Assembly: GCA_041736305.1 (NCBI GenBank)
Contig: JBGSTX010000157.1
Coordinates: 1 to 15,148, forward strand
Origin: Oligoflexus sp.
GTDB lineage: Bacteria > Bdellovibrionota_B > Oligoflexia > Oligoflexales > Oligoflexaceae
Length of the DNA stretch: 15,148 nucleotides
Direction: 5' to 3'
Shown here: positions 1 through 7,374 of the stretch, in pieces
Numbering within the stretch: the first letter of the stretch is position 1
How the letters are laid out: the number at the start of each line of letters is the position of its first letter
Program-made: the position numbers and the translations under genes
The notes under the pieces: generated by a model
The model's input: the letters and a program-made list of their open reading frames with translations, nothing else
The model's database searches: none
What the model was told of the DNA's origin: nothing

Positions 1-490
1 AGAAACTGTGAATCATGCCACGCGCTGGTGGTAAAGTTTTTTTAACTTCTTGCCACGCTTCAGGATAGGCTCGGACTACGTGAAAAACGCAGGGCTTCTG
101 ATGAACCGCAGCTAGTTCGAGCTGCTTTGCCAGATAGTCGCGCTGTTTCTGTCGCGCAATCGGATCAGGTCCACGTACAAAATCAACGCCGATTTCGCCT
201 AGTCCACCTGCGTCTGGTAAAAAGTGCTCGAGTTGTTTTAAATTTTTTTCCAGCTCTTCTTCGCTGCGGCTCAGGACGGTCCAGGGATGCAATCCGAAGA
301 CTCGGATGATTTTTGGTCCGCTGCTCGGTAGCCTTCTTTGTCTTTCCCAATCTTCGGGATCAACTCCTCCTTGAATGAGGGCCTCACAACCCTGCGCAGC
401 GAGTGCGGTCAAGAGAGCTTGCATATCTTTCTCGTCGTGCCAGAGTTCATCACTTAGATGACAGTGACTATCGATCCATCGGTTTTGCAT
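1..490 (-). CDS. tatD: TatD-family metal-dependent hydrolase/DNase (5' part; runs off the left edge of the window)
   Basis: Manual translation of the minus strand from ATG at 490 gives MQNRWIDSHCHLSDE...VFGLHPW...GLGEIGVDF...PCVFHVVRA...RGMIHSF, open to position 1. It contains the TatD DxHxH, GxHP, GExGxD, H and HSF motifs. GGAG RBS lies just upstream. It starts 25 bp after the tcdA stop. Not in the ORF track because it has no stop in the window. The symbol is family-level. Confidence 0.93.
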   Translation of the reverse strand, partial: MQNRWIDSHCHLSDELWHDEKDMQALLTALAAQGCEALIQGGVDPEDWERQRRLPSSGPKIIRVFGLHPWTVLSRSEEELEKNLKQLEHFLPDAGGLGEIGVDFVRGPDPIARQKQRDYLAKQLELAAVHQKPCVFHVVRAYPEAWQEVKKTLPPARGMIHSF

Positions 491-515
491 TGGGGTCTCC
501 TGCTCAGCTTCAGCT

Positions 516-1322
516 TCAACTATTCTCTTGAGCCTCACTCTTTTGCACTGAATGTGCGGAGTTTGCCAGATAACGCAGAGCAGCGGAAGCAGCCGCGAAC
601 CCAAAAGATCCTGTCACAAAACTCGCACTGCCGAAGCCGCCGTCGCAATCGAGTCTGGTTTTGCTGCCTTCCTCACGACGCTCGCATACTTCGCCGTCAC
701 TGCCAGGGAATACCGGTATCTCGATACTGTAGACTGTGGGTATGTCGAGCGTACCCGAGTTTGGAAAGCCGTAGTCTGCTCGCAGGATCCGTCTAGTCTT
801 GCGGAGCAAAGCATCGTTTTGGCTAAGAGCAAGATCAGCTACCCGAATGAGACTCGGATCGCGGCGACCGCCAGCTCCTCCGACGCTGACCAAGGGTATT
901 CCCAAACGTCGGCAGCTGGCGATGAGCAGAGCTTTATTCTGGAGGCTATCGATCGCATCGATGACAAGGTCGTAGCGGGGAGCCAAGAGGGTCTCGGCGG
1001 TAGTGCCGGTAAAGAAGTCTTGAATGAGCTCAACGTGAGCCTCTGGATTGATCGTCCGAAGTCGCTGAGCCATGACCTCGACCTTGGGTTGGCCGATGGT
1101 GTGATGCAGAGTATGAATCTGCCGGTTGGTGTTAGTGATACAGATGTCGTCGAGATCAATGAGCGTGATGTGCTGAATGCCACTCCTCGCTAGAGCCTCG
1201 GCTGCCCAGGAGCCGACACCACCGATACCAACAACGGCAATTTTTGCTGTCTGAAATATTCCAGCGGCGCGTCGGCCGTAAAGGCGAGCTATGCCGCTGA
1301 ATCGTAAGTTGTAAGCTTCCAC
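516..1322 (-). CDS. tcdA: tRNA threonylcarbamoyladenosine dehydratase (ThiF/MoeB/E1-like; ct6A formation)
   Basis: RFSGIARLYG N-terminus, VVGIGGVGSWAAEALARSG nucleotide-binding loop, IDLDDICITNTNRQIH, IDAID, GGAGG, and C-terminal C...RLDCDGGFGSASFVTGSFGF, matching E. coli TcdA/CsdL. Confidence 0.95.
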   Translation of the reverse strand: MEAYNLRFSGIARLYGRRAAGIFQTAKIAVVGIGGVGSWAAEALARSGIQHITLIDLDDICITNTNRQIHTLHHTIGQPKVEVMAQRLRTINPEAHVELIQDFFTGTTAETLLAPRYDLVIDAIDSLQNKALLIASCRRLGIPLVSVGGAGGRRDPSLIRVADLALSQNDALLRKTRRILRADYGFPNSGTLDIPTVYSIEIPVFPGSDGEVCERREEGSKTRLDCDGGFGSASFVTGSFGFAAASAALRYLANSAHSVQKSEAQENS

Positions 1323-1551
1323 TGCTATCTCTTTCTCTCAGGTGGCCTATGTCCAAAATTGCAGAGCCGAGGATCTGCTCTTCCTAAATGACAGTGAGGA
1401 AGCTGTCCAGTCTTTTTAAAAACTCTACGATTTGGCTATAAAGCCGTCGCTCTTTGGCAACGCTTTCCCTGAAATTTCACTCTCTGCTTAAAAATTAATC
1501 AAATCGGCCAAGCCCTTTCCTATCAAGATGTCTAGAGATCGATGTCGACAG

Positions 1552-1574
1552 TTTTCCACCGAGCCTGTGGATAA
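1552..1574. promoter_or_regulatory. Inverted pair of DnaA-box-like sites
   Basis: TGTGGATAA at 1566-1574 is the exact reverse complement of TTATCCACA. TTTTCCACC at 1552-1560 has one mismatch to TTWTNCACA. The two are 5 bp apart in the divergent intergenic region. Confidence 0.5.
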
Positions 1575-1739
1575 CATCTTTGGAACTATGTCTTAATGAC
1601 TCTATTTGGCTGTTCGGCCAGCTCTGGGCTTACAGAACACTTCGTTCCTTAATGCTAGTCAGGAAACAAAGAGAGATCTAAAAATATAAATGAGAGCTCC
1701 GAGCGCGGACTCAAACGAAAAACAAACAAGGAAATTGCT

Positions 1740-2297
1740 ATGAAAAAATTAATCGTCTCGACCTTCTTGGGCGTTCTTAGCTTCAGTGGGTCTGCCTTTG
1801 GGATTGCTGTTACCGTCAATGGTTCAGGCTGTCCGATCAGCGGTGATGCTCAAGCATACTACGATGGTGACGAACTGGTGATCCCGACTGGCGATATGAA
1901 CGTTAAAAAAGGCAACGATATCGAACTTAGCGCTAAGCGCAAAAACTGCTCGCTCACTCTCGCCAGCGAGCAGAATAATAAGATTGCCGTTCGCAGCGTG
2001 CGGGTGCGCGGTTGGACGGATCTACGCTCTGGCGACGAGCTTAAGCTCACTTTCGATCGCTTCATCCAAGGTGAAGGCAAGGACTATCCCATCAGCTTCA
2101 GCGCGAAGGGACCTGAAAACCAAGGCTTTGAGTTCAGTTACAAGCTGAGTCCAAGTGAGAAGGTTTGGTCGGAATGTAATCCTACGCGAGCTTTGACCCT
2201 CAACACATCTCTCTTGCTCAAGGGGGCCGAAGGACAATTCGCCCAGGCTGAACTCGACGAGATTCGCGTACGACTCGATCTGGTAAAATGCCCTTAA
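1740..2297 (+). CDS. Secreted DUF4360-like protein
   Basis: Sec signal peptide (MKKLIVSTFLGVLSFSGSAFG). VNGSGCP, RKNC and WSEC motifs plus a terminal Cys (4 Cys in total), as in DUF4360 proteins. AAGGA RBS upstream. Confidence 0.75.
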   Translation: MKKLIVSTFLGVLSFSGSAFGIAVTVNGSGCPISGDAQAYYDGDELVIPTGDMNVKKGNDIELSAKRKNCSLTLASEQNNKIAVRSVRVRGWTDLRSGDELKLTFDRFIQGEGKDYPISFSAKGPENQGFEFSYKLSPSEKVWSECNPTRALTLNTSLLLKGAEGQFAQAELDEIRVRLDLVKCP

Positions 2298-2300
2298 CTT

Positions 2301-2323
2301 GGGAGGTCGACAGACCTCCCTTT
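2301..2323 (+). terminator. Intrinsic terminator hairpin
   Basis: GGGAGGTC-gaca-GACCTCCC perfect 8-bp stem followed by TTT, 3 bp after the stop at 2297. The U-tract is short. Confidence 0.7.
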
Positions 2324-2365
2324 CCTATGCTAAGCCTGGCCTCCTAGTAAAAAGAGGTTGGCCAG

Positions 2366-3100
2366 GTGGCATCGCTGCAGGAATTCTTTGAGCATCCGAG
2401 CTTGTTATTTTTGAAGGAACTCGCATTGCCTCTCGCTGCGAGCTATCCGAACTGCAAGGAATGGAACAACTGGGCCGAAGCCAGCCAAAGCTTTCAGACC
2501 CATAATCCCGGTCTTCGCTTCGTCGAAGAAATCCGACCGGGAGCTCGGAAGCGACGCCGCGAAAAGAAGCTCACGCCTCCGGGGCAAAGAAGCTATGAGG
2601 CGCGCGTGATCGAAAGGGGTGAAATAGCAACTCGCCCTGATCACCCACACGATTTCTTCAATGGGATGATTTGGCTACGCTACCCCCTGAGCAAGAAAAC
2701 CCTCCATCAGATCGCCTACGAGCTGCAACAAAGCAATACCGGTACCTTGCGCCTGCGACCAGCCGATGGTCTCACCTGCTTTGATGAAGGCGGAGTCATT
2801 TACCGCTGCCGAGAGGGGGAGGACCCCGGCGAAATCCTAGCTTTCCTCTATTCTCGCGAAGATGCTCGCAAAGCCCGGTTCTGCCAGGATAATCGTCAGC
2901 AATTTCAGGTATTTGGACACGGCATCCTGGAAGCTCTCTGGGTTCACGGAAAGTCTGATCTGCAGGTTGCCACCGCGGTTTTGCCTTATCGTCCCGGAGC
3001 TGTCGCATGGGATGCGGAACTTGCTGTTTATCTTGCCGAAAAAGCTAGAGCGGGATCCTGCTGGGGAACCTCTCCGTTTGACTCGCTCTGGAAACTTTAA
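2366..3100 (+). CDS. DUF3025-family protein (function unknown)
   Basis: YEARVIERGEIATR...HDFFNGMIWLRYPLSK, DGLTCFDEGG and VFGHGILE match the conserved blocks of DUF3025. GTG start with AGAGG RBS. Confidence 0.8.
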   Translation: MASLQEFFEHPSLLFLKELALPLAASYPNCKEWNNWAEASQSFQTHNPGLRFVEEIRPGARKRRREKKLTPPGQRSYEARVIERGEIATRPDHPHDFFNGMIWLRYPLSKKTLHQIAYELQQSNTGTLRLRPADGLTCFDEGGVIYRCREGEDPGEILAFLYSREDARKARFCQDNRQQFQVFGHGILEALWVHGKSDLQVATAVLPYRPGAVAWDAELAVYLAEKARAGSCWGTSPFDSLWKL

Positions 3101-3196
3101 ATAAATCTCCAAAAAAGCCAAAATCTTCGTCGCACAGTCCCGAAATGCAAGCGATTCAGTACCCTAGGATTTTTACCTAAAATAAGAAATAAGCTC

Positions 3197-3224
3197 TAAA
3201 GCTTGGGCAGGTTCGTGCCGATAG
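3197..3224 (+). promoter_or_regulatory. Sigma-28 (FliA/SigD)-like promoter
   Basis: TAAA(G)-N16-GCCGATAG versus consensus TAAA-N15/16-GCCGATAA, about 50 bp upstream of the cytochrome c gene. Confidence 0.65.
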
Positions 3225-3275
3225 TAACTATGATAGTTGTCATGAGCGTCAACGGGACTAATGGGGGTTTTGTTA

Positions 3276-3641
3276 ATGATTACTCGTCTGCTTACGGGCC
3301 TTGTTCTGCTCTCGTCTATGACAGGGTGCGGCGCTCCTGAGCCAGTCGCTACCGGATACAAAAAGCAGATTGCAGCGCCACCTGGAGCCGCGACTGCAGC
3401 TACAACTACCGGAACTGGCAATGCTACTCCCGCGACAGCCAATCTCGCGGCTGGTCAAAAGGCCTATGCTGACCTCTGCGCAGCTTGTCATCAGCCTTTG
3501 GCGACTACGGCAAAACCGAACAAAACTCTGGCCCAGATCGACGCCAATGCCCCAGCAAAAAACCCCAGTCACGCATCTGTCGGAGCTAAGTGGCCAACTG
3601 GCGCTGCCGCCGCTGACCTCGTTGCTGCACTCAAGAAATAA
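3276..3641 (+). CDS. Monoheme c-type cytochrome lipoprotein
   Basis: The start is probably ATG 3276 (GGGGG upstream; the ORF track starts at 3261). Hydrophobic signal ending in SMTG-C (lipobox-like, Cys at 3327), Ala/Thr/Pro-rich linker, then AGQKAYADL-CAACH heme motif (3477-3491) and a C-terminal helix DLVAAL. Confidence 0.88.
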   Translation: MITRLLTGLVLLSSMTGCGAPEPVATGYKKQIAAPPGAATAATTTGTGNATPATANLAAGQKAYADLCAACHQPLATTAKPNKTLAQIDANAPAKNPSHASVGAKWPTGAAAADLVAALKK

Positions 3642-3666
3642 TTTTTTCGAACCCGTCGCCTCCTTT

Positions 3667-4863
3667 TCAGGAGGCTATTTTTTTGCCTGATTTGTTGGCT
3701 AAATCAGCCAAACGACCGTTATCGTCAAAGACGAGGATGCGCCCTTTGTCTTTGTGCACATGTTTTTCCATCGCCGCATAATAGTCCTTGGACTGGGTCA
3801 CGGTTTTCTCGAAGTCCACCCAAATCAGGGGATCATAGTCCGTAGGGGCCATGTTTCTCATGATACCGAGCGAGTGCTCCTGATCGTAGGCTTCCTTGTA
3901 AACGCGTTTCATAAGGAGAGCCGAATAAATGTCGGCTATCGTTACGATGCGCGCGTATTCGTGTATGCCGTTAGCTTGCTCCTCGCTTCGACCTGCTTTA
4001 CCATGGGGATAACCCCGACCATCGAATTTTTCGTGATGCTCGAGAGCGACCTGAGCCACTTCAGGCTCGATCGGAGCTCCCGCGCTTATTGCCTGTTCGA
4101 GTTCTGCGAAACCTAGCGTGGTGTGAGTCTTAATGATGTCAAATTCTTCTGGAGTGAACTTGCCTGGCTTGTTCAAAATATGCCCAGGCACACAGGTCTT
4201 ACCTACATCGTGGTAGAGGCCGGCGCGGGCAATTTTTTCGGACTCAGTCTTGGACTTCTTCAGCATCGAGCGAGCCATGATGCCCGCTATCATCGCGACG
4301 GCTGCACTGTGATCGTAGAGAGTGCCGTCGGCCAGGATCATTCGACTCAAAGTCCCGATCGCCACATGACTGTCGAGCAGGTTATCGATTAGTCTATTCG
4401 CTGATTCTTTGGCATGCGCAGCGACGGTCTTATTAATTCCTCCGCGAACTATCATCTGACTAGCCGAACTGAGGTCCGCAAAAGTCATGATCGTCTGTCG
4501 ATCGAGTAGCGGATCTTTTTCGAGCAAGCGATTGATCTTTTTATCCCGTACTTCCTTGATAAGAAGCTCGAAGCGAGGATAGTCTTTCCTTTCCACACAA
4601 ATGTCGAGATTACCGTAGTCCTTATTACGGGCGCTAATAATGAGATCAACCTGCTCTTGAGCAAAGTTCTTTGGATTGATTAGCTCGATCATTTCCTGGT
4701 CGACTCGGAAGTATATTTTGAAATCAATGGTTTTGATTTCTTTCAAATAGGTAAAGAGTTCGAGGCTGAGATTGGAAAATTTCCGAAGATCGCTCTCGGT
4801 TATGGCAAAGACTCTATATTTTGCTCGAATCGCCGGTGCGATTGAAAAGCGGGGAGCATTCAT
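3667..4863 (-). CDS. HD-GYP domain cyclic-dinucleotide phosphodiesterase with uncharacterised N-terminal region
   Basis: YDHSAAVA, LYHDVGK, ILNKPGKFTPEEFDIIKTH, HHEKFDGRGYPHG, ARIVTIADIYSAL..KRVYK. AAGGA RBS upstream. Confidence 0.93.
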   Translation of the reverse strand: MNAPRFSIAPAIRAKYRVFAITESDLRKFSNLSLELFTYLKEIKTIDFKIYFRVDQEMIELINPKNFAQEQVDLIISARNKDYGNLDICVERKDYPRFELLIKEVRDKKINRLLEKDPLLDRQTIMTFADLSSASQMIVRGGINKTVAAHAKESANRLIDNLLDSHVAIGTLSRMILADGTLYDHSAAVAMIAGIMARSMLKKSKTESEKIARAGLYHDVGKTCVPGHILNKPGKFTPEEFDIIKTHTTLGFAELEQAISAGAPIEPEVAQVALEHHEKFDGRGYPHGKAGRSEEQANGIHEYARIVTIADIYSALLMKRVYKEAYDQEHSLGIMRNMAPTDYDPLIWVDFEKTVTQSKDYYAAMEKHVHKDKGRILVFDDNGRLADLANKSGKKIAS

Positions 4864-4924
4864 CGGTCCTTACCTTTCGTAATAAAGCTGCAGCTGCCTC
4901 GCGAGACGGAACAGCTCGATATCC

Positions 4925-4951
4925 CCTTCGGCAAGTCTGGGAATGGCCTGA
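4925..4951 (-). promoter_or_regulatory. Sigma-28-like promoter for the HD-GYP gene
   Basis: The minus strand reads TCAG-N15-GCCGAAGG, about 60 bp upstream of the HD-GYP start. The spacing is correct and both boxes are degenerate. Confidence 0.45.
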
Positions 4952-4959
4952 GCATTGCG
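4944..4959 (+). promoter_or_regulatory. Sigma-54 (-24/-12)-like site facing the antiporter gene
   Basis: TGGCCTGAGCATTGCG: GG(4945-46)-N10-GC(4957-58), with TGGC and TTGC cores matching TGGCACG-N4-TTGC. Confidence 0.4.
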
Positions 4960-5121
4960 TCCAAAGTGACGTATAAAAGATCAGGATCCTTAGGGATAAT
5001 TTTGCCGTTTTGCATTCATATTTTCGACTTAGTATGGCTTGAATTTACGCCTTTCATACCCAGCGAGCCAGCCTTAAGGTAAGCTCATTGGAACTAAGAC
5101 TTTCCTGCCGATGGGGTGAGG

Positions 5122-7374
5122 ATGCATCAGCTGCCGCCATTGATCGTCGATCTGGCTCTGATTCTGGCCGTTGCGGGTTTCGTAACTGTCCTTTTCCGTA
5201 AAATTCGTCAACCGATTGTTCTCGGCTACGTATTGGCCGGAGTCCTTGTGAGTAGCAAGGCTCGCTGGATGCCGACCATCAGCGATACTCCTAACGTACG
5301 CGTGTGGGCCGAAATCGGCGTTATCTTCCTGCTCTTTGCGTTGGGCCTTGAATTCAGCTTTAAGAAACTCGTCCGCATTGGCAGTGCAGCGAGTATCACG
5401 GCTATGGTCGAAGTCAGTGCCATGCTGCTCATCGGCTATGGGGCAGGACAGTTGCTCGGCTGGTCGACAATGGACAGCCTTTTTCTAGGCGGTATCCTCG
5501 CGATATCGTCGACTACGATTATCATCCGCGCTTTCGAGGAACTGGGAGTCAAAGGTCGACGTTTTGTCGATCTGGTTTTTGGCGTTCTCATCGTTGAGGA
5601 TCTCGTAGCCGTCCTGATTCTTGTTCTGCTTTCAACTGTCGCCCTGCGTAATCAATTCGAAGGCATCGCGATGGCCTATTCTATCGTGAAGCTGGGATTT
5701 TTCCTCATCCTCTGGTTTCTTTCGGGAATTTTTCTAGTCCCTTCGCTGCTGCGCTTTTTTAGACGATCTCTCAACGAAGAAACCCTGCTGGTGGTCGCGC
5801 TTGGTCTCTGCTTTTTCATGGTGGTATCTGCCGCTAACGCCGGTTTCTCACCCGCCTTAGGTGCCTTTCTCATGGGATCTATTTTGGCTGAGACGACTGA
5901 AGCGGAAAAGATTGGGGCCCTCATTAAGCCAGTAAAAGATCTATTTGCTGCCATATTTTTCGTCTCTGTCGGCATGCTCATCAATCTCGAACTGCTGCTG
6001 GAGCATGCAGGTGCTGTGCTCTTGATCAGTGGCATTCTAATTCTCGGCAAAACCGTCCATGTGATCGTCGGTGCTCTGCTCGCTGGGCAAAGTCTTCGAC
6101 ATTCCGTTCAATCGGGCTTCAGTCTTGCGCAGATCGGAGAATTCTCCTTCATCATCGCTGGCCTCGGAGAGTCTTTGAACGTGACCAGCAAGTTCCTCTA
6201 TCCGGTTGCGGTTGGAGTCTCCGCTATCACGACTTTTTCCACACCCTATACTATCCGCAGTGCGGATCGCGTCTGCGATTGGCTCGAGAAAAATCTACCT
6301 CGGCGTTGGCTGGAGAAGCTGACTCGCTACGAAGCTTCGATGAAGAGCATTTCTCTGACAGGGAAGTGGGCTTTGCTGCTGCGCAGCTATCTCACGCGGA
6401 TGGTCTCCAACGGCATTATCGTCTTCGCTATGTTTGCCTTGAGTTCGCGGCTGCTGCCACCTCTTCTGAGTCCCTGGTTTGGTGATACTTGGGCCCAGTG
6501 GCTGACACTCTTGGGTACCCTTGGACCGGCAGCCCCTTTTCTCTGGGCCATGGCTGTCGGACGGCCTAAAAAACCTGAGCTCCTCGAAGTATTGAATAGT
6601 CGACGCTATCGAGCCCCGGTCATGCTGCTAGAGATGTTAAGGATCGGCTGCACACTGGCTTTGTTTGGGCTCTTAGCGCCGAAACTTATTTCTTTTCGGG
6701 CGACGATTATCATTACAGGATCGATGGCGGTGCTCGTGCTCTTGGTTTTTTCCAGGCACCTCGATGCGGTTTATAACTGGATCGAGCGACACTTCATCCA
6801 GAACCTCTCGCAGCGTGATCGTGAAGTTAAGGCTAAAGCCGAAGCTCCGGTTCTGGTGCCCTGGGATGGCCATTTAGCGAGCTTCATTGTGGATCCTGAT
6901 TCGGAATTAATAGGGAAGGCTCTGCTGGATCTGAATATCCGCGAGAGGTTTGGCGTGATCATTGCCATGATTGAACGCGGTCACAAGAAGATACCGGCAC
7001 CGGGTCGCAACGAAAAGATATATCCCTTCGACAAGGTCTATGTGATCGGTAGCGATGAAGAATTGCTTAGTTTTAAGCAGGTTTTGGAGCTGCCGGAGAA
7101 AATGCAGGGCGAGACAGCGACCGAGGGCGAGCTCGAGCTTAACTTCAGTCTCCAGCAGATCGAATTGGTTCCGACCTCTCCCTACTGTCAGAAAACTATC
7201 CGCGACTCCGGTTTGCGCGAGTCTACCAGTGGGCTGGTGGTTGGCATCGAACGCAACGGGAGACGCATTCTGAACCCCGATGCGAAGACAGTGCTTGAGG
7301 CCGGAGACCTCCTCTGGGTCGTGGGAGACAGCCGGCGTATCAGGACTATCAATCAGGGGATTACGGCTTATTAA
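5122..7374 (+). CDS. CPA2-family cation:proton antiporter with two C-terminal TrkA-C (RCK_C) domains
   Basis: Hydrophobic N-terminal ~390 aa with GVIFLLFALGLEFS, SSTTII, LIVEDL, LGAFLMG, FFVSVG and QIGEFSFIIA motifs. A second hydrophobic block follows, then two RCK_C repeats (S.LIGK.L.DLNIRE..GV.I..IERG...P; SPY..KTIRDSGLRE...GLVVGIERNG....NP......GD). Start is ATG 5122 or GTG 5116. Confidence 0.93.
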   Translation: MHQLPPLIVDLALILAVAGFVTVLFRKIRQPIVLGYVLAGVLVSSKARWMPTISDTPNVRVWAEIGVIFLLFALGLEFSFKKLVRIGSAASITAMVEVSAMLLIGYGAGQLLGWSTMDSLFLGGILAISSTTIIIRAFEELGVKGRRFVDLVFGVLIVEDLVAVLILVLLSTVALRNQFEGIAMAYSIVKLGFFLILWFLSGIFLVPSLLRFFRRSLNEETLLVVALGLCFFMVVSAANAGFSPALGAFLMGSILAETTEAEKIGALIKPVKDLFAAIFFVSVGMLINLELLLEHAGAVLLISGILILGKTVHVIVGALLAGQSLRHSVQSGFSLAQIGEFSFIIAGLGESLNVTSKFLYPVAVGVSAITTFSTPYTIRSADRVCDWLEKNLPRRWLEKLTRYEASMKSISLTGKWALLLRSYLTRMVSNGIIVFAMFALSSRLLPPLLSPWFGDTWAQWLTLLGTLGPAAPFLWAMAVGRPKKPELLEVLNSRRYRAPVMLLEMLRIGCTLALFGLLAPKLISFRATIIITGSMAVLVLLVFSRHLDAVYNWIERHFIQNLSQRDREVKAKAEAPVLVPWDGHLASFIVDPDSELIGKALLDLNIRERFGVIIAMIERGHKKIPAPGRNEKIYPFDKVYVIGSDEELLSFKQVLELPEKMQGETATEGELELNFSLQQIELVPTSPYCQKTIRDSGLRESTSGLVVGIERNGRRILNPDAKTVLEAGDLLWVVGDSRRIRTINQGITAY

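Noticed and set aside
552..1193. 213-aa plus-strand ORF and other small ORFs over tcdA and tatD
   Set aside because: They are antisense or off-frame shadows of well-conserved genes, with no motifs or RBS.
1323..1739. Replication origin or small RNA in the long intergenic region
   Set aside because: Only two DnaA boxes, no origin-associated genes, and no recognisable RNA family.
5096..5114. TAAG...GCCGATGG upstream of the antiporter
   Set aside because: The spacing is far too short for sigma-28 and the site is too close to the start codon.
4970..5120. Possible riboswitch (c-di-AMP, Na+ or nhaA motif) in the antiporter leader
   Set aside because: I found no conserved core or convincing stems by eye; an Rfam scan is needed.
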